A stretch of 36,907 nucleotides of DNA from Candidatus Woesearchaeota archaeon (GTDB taxonomy: Archaea; Nanobdellota; Nanobdellia; Pacearchaeales; GW2011-AR1). The stretch is from assembly GCA_964357655.1 (NCBI GenBank), contig CAYHMF010000001.1, positions 1 to 36,907 of the forward strand, written 5' to 3'. The translations under genes were made by a program, and so were the position numbers. The notes below the pieces were generated by a model that saw nothing but the letters and a program-made list of their open reading frames with translations, ran no database searches and was not told where the DNA came from. Of the stretch, positions 1 to 8,462 are shown in pieces; position 1 is the stretch's first letter; every line of letters begins with the position of its first letter.

Positions 1-468
1 ACAAGTTTAAAGTTTGCAAAATTAAGAAATCAGGCTATTTTTGCAAACTTCTCTAAGGATAACCAGTTGAGTAATTCTGTTGCTAAAACAAAAGTGTCTC
101 ATGGTAGAATTGAGACTGCTGTCAGAGTTAGAAATGCTAAAAATAAAAAAGAATTAGATTTAGAATTAAAGAGATTAAAAATTCTAAATCTAATAGACCA
201 TTCTTCTATTGGAGAGGACATTAAACTTCCAAATGAGATTAGGGCTTTTCAACAACTAATTTTAATAATAGGAAAACTAAATCTAAAAACTACTCGAGAA
301 ATTTTATTGGCTTGTAAAAAATTGGGATACAAGGGAGAGTTGGAAAGGTCTAGAATAAAATGTTTAATGTATTCATATAAAGATTTTTTTATTTTTGATA
401 AACAAAAAGGATGGAAACTTACAAATAAAGGGCAAACAGAATTCTCAAGATTAAACCAATTCCTGTAG
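1..468 (+). CDS. hypothetical protein, possibly 5'-truncated by the window edge
   Basis: The reading frame is open from base 1. The first start-like codon is TTG at 67 and the stop is TAG at 466-468. No motif recognised. Confidence 0.4.
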   Translation, partial: TSLKFAKLRNQAIFANFSKDNQLSNSVAKTKVSHGRIETAVRVRNAKNKKELDLELKRLKILNLIDHSSIGEDIKLPNEIRAFQQLILIIGKLNLKTTREILLACKKLGYKGELERSRIKCLMYSYKDFFIFDKQKGWKLTNKGQTEFSRLNQFL

Positions 469-508
469 GCCACCTATTTTAGTGGATTTAACCTAATGGC
501 CCCCAAGT

Positions 509-790
509 TTATTTAATCGTAAATAACTTATCATCCTCGACGTCAAAAACATCCAACCGAACTCCAGCGTCAAGCCAGCCGTGCGCGTAGTTTATTGCGG
601 CGAATGCATTTACCAAGTCGCTGTTTTTTTCAAAATGCTTTGCGTCTGAAAGATAATTTTCAACCATGTCAATAATTTCTTTTGCGTGCTGTTCTTTTCC
701 CTTGATTATAGATTTCTTTGCAATTTTCAGTGCTTTGCTAGTTAAGTCATAATATTTTTCAATCTTTTGAGGGGTTATTGTGTTTTTCAT
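509..790 (-). CDS. DUF357-like small archaeal protein
   Basis: 93 aa. The C-terminal 'AINYAHGWLDAGVRL' resembles the conserved core of the archaeal DUF357 family as I recall it. Confidence 0.55.
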   Translation of the reverse strand: MKNTITPQKIEKYYDLTSKALKIAKKSIIKGKEQHAKEIIDMVENYLSDAKHFEKNSDLVNAFAAINYAHGWLDAGVRLDVFDVEDDKLFTIK

Positions 791-822
791 AATTAAATTA
801 AGAATTATTTGTTTTTAAATAT

Positions 823-1548
823 TCATCTTGGAAATCTTTGGGTAGGGGGTCTTTGGAATTGCGGTGAAGTTAATGCTGGATTTAAAGTCATTTTTTTGAT
901 TATGAATTTTGACCCAATGGTGCCAGAGACAATTGCCGAGAGAATTAAATGTCCCCTAACTATTTCATGAACGCCTTCTTCAAATGGAATTTTGGCCTCG
1001 CTGAAGAATTTTTCTAATATGTCATTTATTTCTTTTTCATTGAGGATTAATTCTGTTTTGTTGATTCCTGTTTTAGTTCTGACAAGGATCCTTGTATTTG
1101 GGCCACTACATTCTACTGAACTAGTCATGGGATTATCCAGCAAGGGATTTAATTGCCCAACATCTATTTGCATCAGCGTCGGAGTTGGACGAATATGCTG
1201 AATATGCGGAGGCAATCTTGGTCTAGGAATTTGCAGTGGTCTGGAAGGATTAATCGCAGTTTGTCTAGTGATGCTTTTTTCATATTGACCTTCAGGAAAT
1301 TTTTTTTGAATAGTTCCGAGAGGTTTTCCAAAAATTTTTTGAGGAGGAATAATTTTTTTAACTAAATTTTGTGGTTCATGTATTTTCTCGTCAACTTCTA
1401 GTTTTAGTGTTTTTTCAAATTTTTTAACTTCTTCAGAATTGGATTGTTTAATTAATGTTTTAACAAATTCATACCAAAAAAAGTTTCTGAACTCTTGGGA
1501 ATTTAAAATATTCTCGTCAATTGATTCAAGAATTTTTGTCTGTGCCAT
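823..1548 (-). CDS. hypothetical protein with a C-terminal region like the N-domain of type II/IV secretion (FlaI/PilB/VirB11-type) ATPases, but no ATPase core
   Basis: 241 aa. 'LNPLLDNPMTSSVECSGPNTRILVRTKTGINKTELILNEKEINDILEKF...GSKFIIKK' follows the L-pLL-D..v.EI.vNGp..v.V...ftIRK pattern that precedes the Walker A box in those ATPases. The ORF ends about 25 aa later. There is no gap to the upstream gene (stop 1549-1551, ATG at 1548). Confidence 0.5.
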   Translation of the reverse strand: MAQTKILESIDENILNSQEFRNFFWYEFVKTLIKQSNSEEVKKFEKTLKLEVDEKIHEPQNLVKKIIPPQKIFGKPLGTIQKKFPEGQYEKSITRQTAINPSRPLQIPRPRLPPHIQHIRPTPTLMQIDVGQLNPLLDNPMTSSVECSGPNTRILVRTKTGINKTELILNEKEINDILEKFFSEAKIPFEEGVHEIVRGHLILSAIVSGTIGSKFIIKKMTLNPALTSPQFQRPPTQRFPR

Positions 1549-2055
1549 TTATCTTGTTGGAGAATTTTCTTCATTGCCTATGTTTTGTTGAGTTTGATAA
1601 CGTTCTCCTTGTTTTGGAAGAGGAGGGAATTCATTGGAAACTGATTTTTCATAAGTGCCAGGACCCATATTTTGAGGAGATGCTGGAGTTTGTCGTTGAG
1701 GTAAATTTTTTATGATTGGAATGTGAGCGATTTCCTGAGGAGGATTGTGAACTTCATGCAATAATGTCAAACCTTTTGCAAGAATTTTATCTTGGTCTAT
1801 TAAGACATTTAATTTTTCTTCTATTCTTTTACTATCTCTGAAATCTTTTTCAGCAATTGATCTTGCCGACAATTCAAATAGTTCAACAAGCCTGGATATT
1901 TGTTTTGAAAGGTGTTCAAAATTCGAAGAAAAATTCACCATAATTTTTTGAAGAGTGATGAGATTTTGGTTGAGAATATGATTTGAGGATTCTGTCACAT
2001 GGCTTACATTTTTAACATTACTTTTTCTTTTTGCAACTTTCCTCTTTTTTATCAT
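1549..2055 (-). CDS. hypothetical protein (basic N-terminus, coiled-coil-like middle)
   Basis: 168-aa ORF. A TATA-like box sits 22 nt upstream of the ATG. The stop abuts the next gene's start. Confidence 0.45.
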   Translation of the reverse strand: MIKKRKVAKRKSNVKNVSHVTESSNHILNQNLITLQKIMVNFSSNFEHLSKQISRLVELFELSARSIAEKDFRDSKRIEEKLNVLIDQDKILAKGLTLLHEVHNPPQEIAHIPIIKNLPQRQTPASPQNMGPGTYEKSVSNEFPPLPKQGERYQTQQNIGNEENSPTR

Positions 2056-2113
2056 AGTTTATTGAAGAGTTTGTTATTTAAAAAACTTTATTTTTAGAGT
2101 TATTGCCAATTTA

Positions 2114-2156
2114 CCGCAAGTTCAACCCATAAATTAATAATTCACGACGAGCAGAT
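2114..2156 (+). repeat. R2 partial copy
   Basis: The exact 23-mer aaattaataattcacgacgagca (2131-2153) equals 27171-27193. The flanking ccgcaagttcaaccca is a degenerate match to tcgcagatttaactta. Confidence 0.7.
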
Positions 2157-2178
2157 TATCTCATTTAGAATAAACCTT

Positions 2179-4185
2179 TTATTTCTTTCCAAGTCTGCTA
2201 ACAAAGGATTTTATGAATTGCTTGTTTTCTTCTTCATCTTGTTTACTTTGAACTTTTTTTATTGTGTAAAATACTATATTTTCTCTTTCGTGTTTTTCTG
2301 CTTTTACACTCGTCATAAGTTTTTCTTTTATTGATTCACTTATGAGGATTTCTTCGTCTGACAAAGTCGCTATTTTTTTCGCACCAGTTATCAGTGTTCC
2401 CATGCTCATGAATTTTAACTCTCTTCCTTCTTGTTCCCCGACGATTGCTCCAGAATTAATTGAAATCCCAAAGTTTATTGGCTGTCTGAATATTTTGTTG
2501 TGGGATTTAATAATTTCAGTTAATTTAATTGCTAAGTCTAATGCAGGACCTTCATTTTTGAGTGTTTTGGTTTCTGAAGGAACTAGCATGAAAAAGATAT
2601 TTTCATTATTTTCATAAACTATTGCTTTGCCTTCTTCAGAGGCATTTTTAATTTTTTGCAATGTTTCTTCAATTCCTTCTTTTTGAGTTTTCACGTCAGT
2701 GAAATTTTTAATTTTTAAACAAACAACGCTTGCGTCTTGTTGCTTTCCTTTAATTGATAGTGAGAGAAATCCTCTGCTTGATGTATCGATTAATCCTTTT
2801 TTTGAATATTCTTTAGGTCTTTGAGAGGACCCTTCACTTTTTCTTATTATATTTCCCAAAAAACTTCTTTTGAAACCTTTTTTTGCAAACATAAAAATCA
2901 TAAATCCTAAAACAGCCACAATAAACACCCATGCCAAAGGTTGTCGTGCCACAGTCACAATTCCTTTTTTTATTTCTTGAACATCAATTGCGTTTCCAGT
3001 TAACATAGCTCTTCCAGATATTTTATTACCGTTTTCGCTTAAAACTTCTATTGTGTACTCGCCATCTGGGGCAGTCAATAAATATTCAGTTGTATCGTCA
3101 ATTCCAAGAGAAGTAGCAAGATATACTGGTGTGTCCCCTATTTTTATCACAACACTTTTATTGTAAGGAACATTTCCCTTGTTAGTTATTTCAAGAGTTT
3201 TGTTTATTAATTTAACTTCTATTTCTTGTTTTTCTTTTATGTTAAAATTCGATTCTGATGTTAGTTGATTTGACAATGCAAAAACTGTCCATTTGTTTGG
3301 AGGTTCGTTGTAAGCAATTGGGTATTCAAGAAATTTATCCGTCGCTATTTCTATTTGTTCATGAATTAAATTTGTTTCGTCTTTTATTGATATAACTGAA
3401 TTTGAAGGCATTTTTTCTCCTGATTGGTCATGCAGAATTGTTTTAACTTTGAGATTTGTTCCTGGTTCTACTTCGGAGGTTTCAAAAATTATTTCCAAAC
3501 TTGTTGGAACTTGAATCACTAAAGCATTATAATTTATGAATCCATTGTTAGAAATTTCTTCCTCGCTTTCTTTTTCATAAACATTTATTGCAATTAAATA
3601 CTGGCCAGCTTTGAGGTTTTTAGGGGCAGATAGGTTTACTTTGAAATAACCTTCATTTACAGTATCCATTAAACTTATGTCTTCGGTAGAGCCGGTAGTT
3701 ACCATTTTTACCTCGACAAAACCCTTCACCAAATCCCCGTTTTCTTTTTTCGCGTTTCCTTCAAAAATTAAATTTTGCCCCGGAGAAATTTCTTCTGCTT
3801 TAGTTATCATGTTTATATTTATCTTATCTGAAATTGTGAAATTGTTCGTTAGAGAAAAAATATCGTCGAGAGATGCCTTTAATTTGCAACTTTCAGATGA
3901 GTTTCCTATACGTTCTTTGTCAAGAATAACTGTTAATTCAAGAGATTTTTCGTTTCCAGTAGCTAATTTAATATCTGATTTGTAAACTTGATTTTCAATT
4001 CCGTCGCATACCAAATCCAAATTGAATGAAGTCTTCACATCTTTTGTGGCAACTATTTTAACTGGAAAGGTTATCACGTCGCCAAGATTGTAAAGAGTTT
4101 CTGGTTGTTGGTTTATTATTATTTCTGCAGATACAGAAGAAACTAGTAGTATTACAAGTAGTGGTAAGATAAATATTCTCCTCAT
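2179..4185 (-). CDS. single-pass membrane protein with a large extracellular beta-rich ectodomain and a cytoplasmic domain weakly resembling a degenerate class III nucleotide-cyclase fold
   Basis: 668 aa. N-terminal signal-like 'ILPLLVILLVSSVSA'. TM segment 'LAWVFIVAVLGFMIFMF' at about aa 415-431. The C-terminal 'VVCLKIKNFTD...FFMLV...ISINSGAIVG...MSMGTLITGAKKIATLS...ILISE' follows the cyclase-homology layout, but the metal-binding Asp positions are replaced. Confidence 0.6.
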   Translation of the reverse strand: MRRIFILPLLVILLVSSVSAEIIINQQPETLYNLGDVITFPVKIVATKDVKTSFNLDLVCDGIENQVYKSDIKLATGNEKSLELTVILDKERIGNSSESCKLKASLDDIFSLTNNFTISDKININMITKAEEISPGQNLIFEGNAKKENGDLVKGFVEVKMVTTGSTEDISLMDTVNEGYFKVNLSAPKNLKAGQYLIAINVYEKESEEEISNNGFINYNALVIQVPTSLEIIFETSEVEPGTNLKVKTILHDQSGEKMPSNSVISIKDETNLIHEQIEIATDKFLEYPIAYNEPPNKWTVFALSNQLTSESNFNIKEKQEIEVKLINKTLEITNKGNVPYNKSVVIKIGDTPVYLATSLGIDDTTEYLLTAPDGEYTIEVLSENGNKISGRAMLTGNAIDVQEIKKGIVTVARQPLAWVFIVAVLGFMIFMFAKKGFKRSFLGNIIRKSEGSSQRPKEYSKKGLIDTSSRGFLSLSIKGKQQDASVVCLKIKNFTDVKTQKEGIEETLQKIKNASEEGKAIVYENNENIFFMLVPSETKTLKNEGPALDLAIKLTEIIKSHNKIFRQPINFGISINSGAIVGEQEGRELKFMSMGTLITGAKKIATLSDEEILISESIKEKLMTSVKAEKHERENIVFYTIKKVQSKQDEEENKQFIKSFVSRLGKK

Positions 4186-4448
4186 TTTGACCTCTGTTAA
4201 CTTATGAAATCATGTTTATAAATATTTGGTGGATTTGTTGTTGATTTTTGTTGTTATAAATAGGAATAAAAATATTTAAATAGTTCTGGTTGTTCGAAAT
4301 ATCATGAATTTGAAACATCTCTGGCAGCAAAACTGAAAACTTTTTCTTAGCTGGAGGTTTGCGTTATATTATTTTTTCTGAAATAAATTTAGGCTTAATT
4401 GCCAGGAGGATAAAATGAAATCAGAAGAAAAAAACCTTAAACTAAATA

Positions 4449-5072
4449 TTGGAAGTTGTAAATGTCTTTGGCAGCGTTCAAAGAATTGAGGACCCAAAGA
4501 GTTTTTTTGAATTTGGTTCTAACGAGTTTACAGAATTAGTTGAAGTAGTTAGAAGTGCATTTGGAAGAAAATTAGAACTGGAAGATATATACCAGCACGT
4601 CACATCCCCAGAGAGAGTGTATTTGATGAAAAAGGATGGAAGGACTTGCGCAATGGCGAGTTATAACCAGAAGATTTTTTCCGGAATTTCTTCATTGGTC
4701 GTAGAAGGGGTTGCAATTGCTCCTGAGTTTCAAGGTAAGGGGATTTTTAAGGAACTTACAGATAGAGTGTTGGGCGAGGAAAAATTAATTTGTTTGAGGA
4801 CTCAAAACCCTTTGATGTACAAAGCATTGGAGAACTATTGTGTTAATGTATTTCCTAGGGAAACAAAAATACCGAGAATTATTTCTGAAGTCTCGAAGGA
4901 CTTTGCAAACTATCTTGGTTGCGAAATAAATGTAGAAGGAGTTGTAAAAGGATATTATGGAGGGCTTTTTTATGGAAAAACTCCAAAGCATAAAGACGTG
5001 ACCGGACTTTTTGAAAAGTTGAATGTGCAATTAAATAATGGAGATGCGCTTCTCGTAATAGGAATGATATGA
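4449..5072 (+). CDS. GNAT-family N-acetyltransferase
   Basis: Acetyl-CoA binding motif A 'VAIAPEFQGKGIFKEL'. TTG start; frame 0 is closed by TAA at 4443-4445. ATGA overlap with the next gene. Confidence 0.6.
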   Translation: MEVVNVFGSVQRIEDPKSFFEFGSNEFTELVEVVRSAFGRKLELEDIYQHVTSPERVYLMKKDGRTCAMASYNQKIFSGISSLVVEGVAIAPEFQGKGIFKELTDRVLGEEKLICLRTQNPLMYKALENYCVNVFPRETKIPRIISEVSKDFANYLGCEINVEGVVKGYYGGLFYGKTPKHKDVTGLFEKLNVQLNNGDALLVIGMI

Positions 5073-5791
5073 AAATCGCGATAGTTTGTTGTTTGCACGG
5101 AAACGAGAAATACGGATTGGAAGTTTTAAAAGGGCTTCCGTCCGCCTTCTCTTTTTTTATTGGGAATAAAAGGGCGATGATTGAGAATAAAAGATTTATT
5201 GATTCTGATTTGAATAGGTGCTTTCCAGGAAAACCCCATGGAAATTATGAGGAAAAAAGAGCTTTTGAGTTGGTAAAATCTCTTAAGGATTTTGATTATG
5301 TAATTGATTTGCATTCGTCGTCGAATAATTGTTCTTTGTTTGGGATAATTACAAAACCAAATACCGAAAAAATAGAATTCGCTAAAAGATTGGGATTAAA
5401 AAGATTGGTAATAATGCCTAAAAATTTTGCTAGTGGGCAAGCACTGATAGATTTTACCAAATGCGGAATTAGTCTGGAAATTGGCCCCCATAAAAATAAA
5501 GATAATGTTAGGAAAGTTTCGGAAAAAATTAAAAATTTATTAGAAAATAAAGGCAAAAATAATAATCTGGAAATTTTTGAAGTGTTTGGGAAATTAATTA
5601 AAAAATATGATAAAGTTTTAATCAATAATTTTGATTTTGTAAAAATGGGTCAGCCAATTACAGAAAATTTTGAAGGAGATAGGCAATTCGCAGAATTTGA
5701 TTTTGTAGCTATTCTTGTTGATGAAGAATCTTACGGAAATGTTTTATGTTTAGTGGGAAAACAAGTAAATTTAAAAGTAATGAAAGATTAG
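5069..5791 (+). CDS. succinylglutamate desuccinylase/aspartoacylase (AstE/AspA, M14-like zinc hydrolase) family protein
   Basis: 'CCLHGNEKYG' (HxxE zinc ligands), 'DLNRCFPG' and 'DLHSS' motifs in the family order. Confidence 0.7.
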   Translation: MKIAIVCCLHGNEKYGLEVLKGLPSAFSFFIGNKRAMIENKRFIDSDLNRCFPGKPHGNYEEKRAFELVKSLKDFDYVIDLHSSSNNCSLFGIITKPNTEKIEFAKRLGLKRLVIMPKNFASGQALIDFTKCGISLEIGPHKNKDNVRKVSEKIKNLLENKGKNNNLEIFEVFGKLIKKYDKVLINNFDFVKMGQPITENFEGDRQFAEFDFVAILVDEESYGNVLCLVGKQVNLKVMKD

Positions 5792-5792
5792 T

Positions 5793-7028
5793 ATGAACAT
5801 GATAAAGAAAGAGGCAAAGAGAACTTTGCAAAATTCAAAAAATCGCAAAATTCTCATCGAGAGCATTTTGAAAATTCCTTCAAAAAAGCAAGAAATAGGA
5901 GTTATTCAAACTTCTCCAAAGGTAACTCCTTACGATGTTCAGGGAGACATTGATTATGATAAATTAGTCAAGGAATTTGGAGTTAGCAGAATCGATAACA
6001 AGTTACTCTCGGAAATTAAGAAACATTCTGGGGAATTGCATCATATGTTGAGAAGAGGAATATTTTTTGCGCATCGAGATTTAAAACCTATTTTGGATGA
6101 ATACGATAAAGGAAATAAATTTTTTCTTTATACTGGTTGCGGGCCTTCTGGGCCAATTCATTTGGGGCATTTGGGGACTTGGGTTTTTACAAAATGGTTG
6201 CAGGATGTTTTTGATGTTGAGCTGTGGTTTCAGTTTACCGACGACGAAAAGTTTTTGTATAAGAATCAATCTTATGAAGAGATTCAAAAATGGACATATG
6301 AAAATATGCTGGATGTAATTGCACTTGGTTTTAATCCAAAGAAGACGCATTTTTTGATTGACACAAAACACGCAGGAATTATGTATCCAGAGGCAATAAA
6401 AATAGCCAAGAAAATAAATTTTTCGACGATAAAAGCTGCGTTTGGATTTACTGATGCAAATAATATTGGAAGCATTTTTTATACGAGCATGCAGGCAGTT
6501 CCAGTTATTTTGCCGAGTGTTTTGAAGGGCAAAAAAATTCCTTGTTTAATTCCGCTTGCAATAGACCAGGATCCTCATTTCAGAGTTGCGAGAGATGTTT
6601 ATCCAAAGATTGGGCACCCAAAACCCGCAATTATTCATTCGGTGTTTTTACCTCCTTTAACTGGGATGCAAGGAAAGATGAGCAGTAGTGAGTCTAATAT
6701 AGCAATTCTGACTACAGATTCCCCCGAAGAAGTGAAAAGAAAAATAAACAAGTACGCTTTTTCAGGAGGGCAGGCGACAATTGAAGAGCACAGAAAAAAA
6801 GGAGGGAATCCCGACGTCGATGTTTCATTCCAATACTTAAGATTCTTTTTTGAACCAGATGATAAAAAACTTGAAAAAATTTACAACGATTATAAATCAG
6901 GAAAACTTCTTACTGGAGATTTGAAAAAAATTTTAATAGAAAAAATAAATGCTTTCTTAAAAGAGCACCAGAAAAAAAGAGAACTCGCGAAAAAGCAAGT
7001 CGATAATTTTATTTTTAAGATTCAGTAA
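5793..7028 (+). CDS. trpS: tryptophan--tRNA ligase (archaeal/eukaryotic type) with a ~44-aa N-terminal extension encoded by repeat R1
   Basis: Class I signatures 'GPSGPIHLGHL' (HIGH) and 'KMSSS' (KMSKS). The 'VTPYDVQGDIDYDKLVKEFG' entry is typical of archaeal TrpRS. The start lies 1 nt after the upstream stop. Confidence 0.9.
   Translation: MNMIKKEAKRTLQNSKNRKILIESILKIPSKKQEIGVIQTSPKVTPYDVQGDIDYDKLVKEFGVSRIDNKLLSEIKKHSGELHHMLRRGIFFAHRDLKPILDEYDKGNKFFLYTGCGPSGPIHLGHLGTWVFTKWLQDVFDVELWFQFTDDEKFLYKNQSYEEIQKWTYENMLDVIALGFNPKKTHFLIDTKHAGIMYPEAIKIAKKINFSTIKAAFGFTDANNIGSIFYTSMQAVPVILPSVLKGKKIPCLIPLAIDQDPHFRVARDVYPKIGHPKPAIIHSVFLPPLTGMQGKMSSSESNIAILTTDSPEEVKRKINKYAFSGGQATIEEHRKKGGNPDVDVSFQYLRFFFEPDDKKLEKIYNDYKSGKLLTGDLKKILIEKINAFLKEHQKKRELAKKQVDNFIFKIQ
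5818..5921 (+). repeat. R1 copy A: 104-nt module shared by the 5' coding ends of three genes
   Basis: 97/104 identical to the reverse complement of 21479-21582. Also matches 26868-26994 (reverse complement). Confidence 0.9.
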
Positions 7029-7780
7029 TTTTCGAAATTATAAAAATATGCATGAAGTTTTTTTCCCCACGGAGTTCTTAGGTTAACGTCGACTTTTTCA
7101 AGATATTTTACAGGAATTCTATTTCCTTTTTTATCTAGTTGAAATGTTTTACCGTCTTCTTTTTTCAAAAATGCCCATCCTGGAAGACTATATGCTTTTG
7201 CGCATTTTGAATTTGTGCAGTACATTGGGTCTTTTGCCTTAACCATATAATTTGTTGCATTTACCAGCGCTTTTTTAACTTTTATTGGTTCTCCTCCAAG
7301 AATTTTTTCTGATAAATTTTTGCATTTGCTCCAAGTTTCTTCGCCCAAATATTTTTCTGGATTCATGATTTTTCTGTAATTTGGGTCCCATTTATTAAAT
7401 GTTGAAAATTGAAGATCTTTTAAAAGAGCGTTTTTAATTCCCAAGTCATTTATTCTATTAATCATTACTGCCGACGCGCCAAGCAAATAATCATTTGTGA
7501 ATTCGCTTCTTCCTTCTCCACAGAGCGCTTGCGCCAAAAGTTTTCTATTCTTGTGAGTATTATCTTTAGGATGGGAATATTTTATTGTCGTGTAAGTCGG
7601 ATTTCTTAAAGTTTGAGTTTCAATATTTTCCAAACTTTGAGGAAAGAGAACTGATGTCAATATTCCAGCTCCAACTATATACGGGGAAATGTCCCAAACT
7701 TTTTTAGAAGCTCTCAATATTTTTTCCCCAAAAGATTTTTTTCTTTCTCCGAGAGACTTCTCTTTTTTTCTGTTTTCCAT
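7022..7780 (-). CDS. membrane-anchored protein with a SleB/Hydrolase_2-like cell-wall hydrolase domain
   Basis: 252 aa. N-terminal TM 'ISPYIVGAGILTSVLF'. 'LLAQALCGEGRSEF...GASAVMINRIND' resembles the lLArvi.aEarge....aVa.Vv.NRv core of SleB-type hydrolases. Confidence 0.5.
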   Translation of the reverse strand: MENRKKEKSLGERKKSFGEKILRASKKVWDISPYIVGAGILTSVLFPQSLENIETQTLRNPTYTTIKYSHPKDNTHKNRKLLAQALCGEGRSEFTNDYLLGASAVMINRINDLGIKNALLKDLQFSTFNKWDPNYRKIMNPEKYLGEETWSKCKNLSEKILGGEPIKVKKALVNATNYMVKAKDPMYCTNSKCAKAYSLPGWAFLKKEDGKTFQLDKKGNRIPVKYLEKVDVNLRTPWGKKLHAYFYNFENY

Positions 7781-7853
7781 ATATCTTTAGTAGAATAACC
7801 CTTTTTAAAGCTTTCTGCTGTCGTTTTTATTAAGTAGTAACAAAGTAGAAAAG

Positions 7854-7861
7854 TTTATAAA
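7854..7861 (+). promoter_or_regulatory. TATA-like box (tttataaa) preceded by a purine-rich BRE-like gaaaag
   Basis: Its 3' end is exactly 22 nt from the ATG at 7883. Confidence 0.5.
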
Positions 7862-7882
7862 CCCTTTTTTGTAAAATTATTC

Positions 7883-8314
7883 ATGGAAAAACAAATACAT
7901 GCAAATCCTGCAAGTGAAAAGTTTAAGGGGAAATTTACTTACGCAATTGTAAAAGTTCCTGGAGAAGAAATTTATGTTCTTTTAGAGAAATCTAACCTCG
8001 GGGGAGAATTAATGGAAAAGAGAATTAGAAAAGGTTGGGCAGAATTTGAGCAAACATATCAGTATGAACCAGTAATGATCTATGATGGCGTTAAGCAATG
8101 GAGCGATAAGGACGATGGCGTTTGTTTAGATGGACCAGAAAAAATTCTTTCTCTTACTGTTGGAAAATTGAATCTTGGAAGAAAAATAAGCGAATCTGAG
8201 TTGGCCAATCTTTTGATAGAAAAGAAAAAAGAAAAAAGAAAATACAATTCAGACGATTTTTTTGTTGAGGAAGAAAAAACCGAATACGATTTGGATAGTT
8301 TTTTACCTAGGTGA
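7883..8314 (+). CDS. hypothetical protein
   Basis: 143-aa ORF with a correctly spaced TATA box. No motif recognised. Confidence 0.5.
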   Translation: MEKQIHANPASEKFKGKFTYAIVKVPGEEIYVLLEKSNLGGELMEKRIRKGWAEFEQTYQYEPVMIYDGVKQWSDKDDGVCLDGPEKILSLTVGKLNLGRKISESELANLLIEKKKEKRKYNSDDFFVEEEKTEYDLDSFLPR

Positions 8315-8371
8315 TTATTTTTCTTTTTTGAAGCATTATCAACGTAACCGAATATTTTTAAAGCAAAATTT

Positions 8372-8438
8372 GTACTCCTCGCTTTACTCGTCGTGAATTA
8401 TTAACAATTAATTAAATCTGCGAACGAAAGTGAGTAGC
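8372..8438 (-). repeat. R2 copy (inverted relative to the 27140-27206 copy): intergenic repeat, candidate small RNA
   Basis: The reverse complement aligns along about 67 nt with 27140-27206. The alignment includes an exact 18-mer, ttaataattcacgacgag. Confidence 0.8.
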
Positions 8439-8441
8439 TAA

Positions 8442-8462
8442 TCGCCTTCGGCGAGAATTTTT
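8442..8462 (+). terminator. GC-rich hairpin followed by a T5 run, immediately after the R2 core
   Basis: tcgcc-ttc-ggcga (5-bp stem) followed by gaattttt. Confidence 0.3.

Noticed and set aside
4404-4489. 24-codon ORF (MKSEEKNLKLNIGSCKCLWQRSKN) with a perfect AGGAGG 5 nt upstream, overlapping the TTG start of the GNAT gene.
   Set aside because: It is too short and has no recognisable content. Single-base slips in its A7 run do not fuse it to the GNAT frame. It could be a real leader peptide, or the SD could serve the GNAT gene, but neither can be supported from sequence alone.
5818-5921. Conserved RNA hairpin within R1 (caaaattctc-atc-gagagcattttg) as the reason for its conservation.
   Set aside because: In copy B the substitutions (ata cagagcactttg) weaken both stems without compensatory changes, so a structural RNA explanation is not supported.
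8372-8438. C/D-box or H/ACA sRNA assignment for the R2 repeat.
   Set aside because: In either orientation I could not find RUGAUGA/CUGA box pairs or an ACA box. The nearest matches are gtgaatta and ctgcg, each with mismatches at invariant positions.
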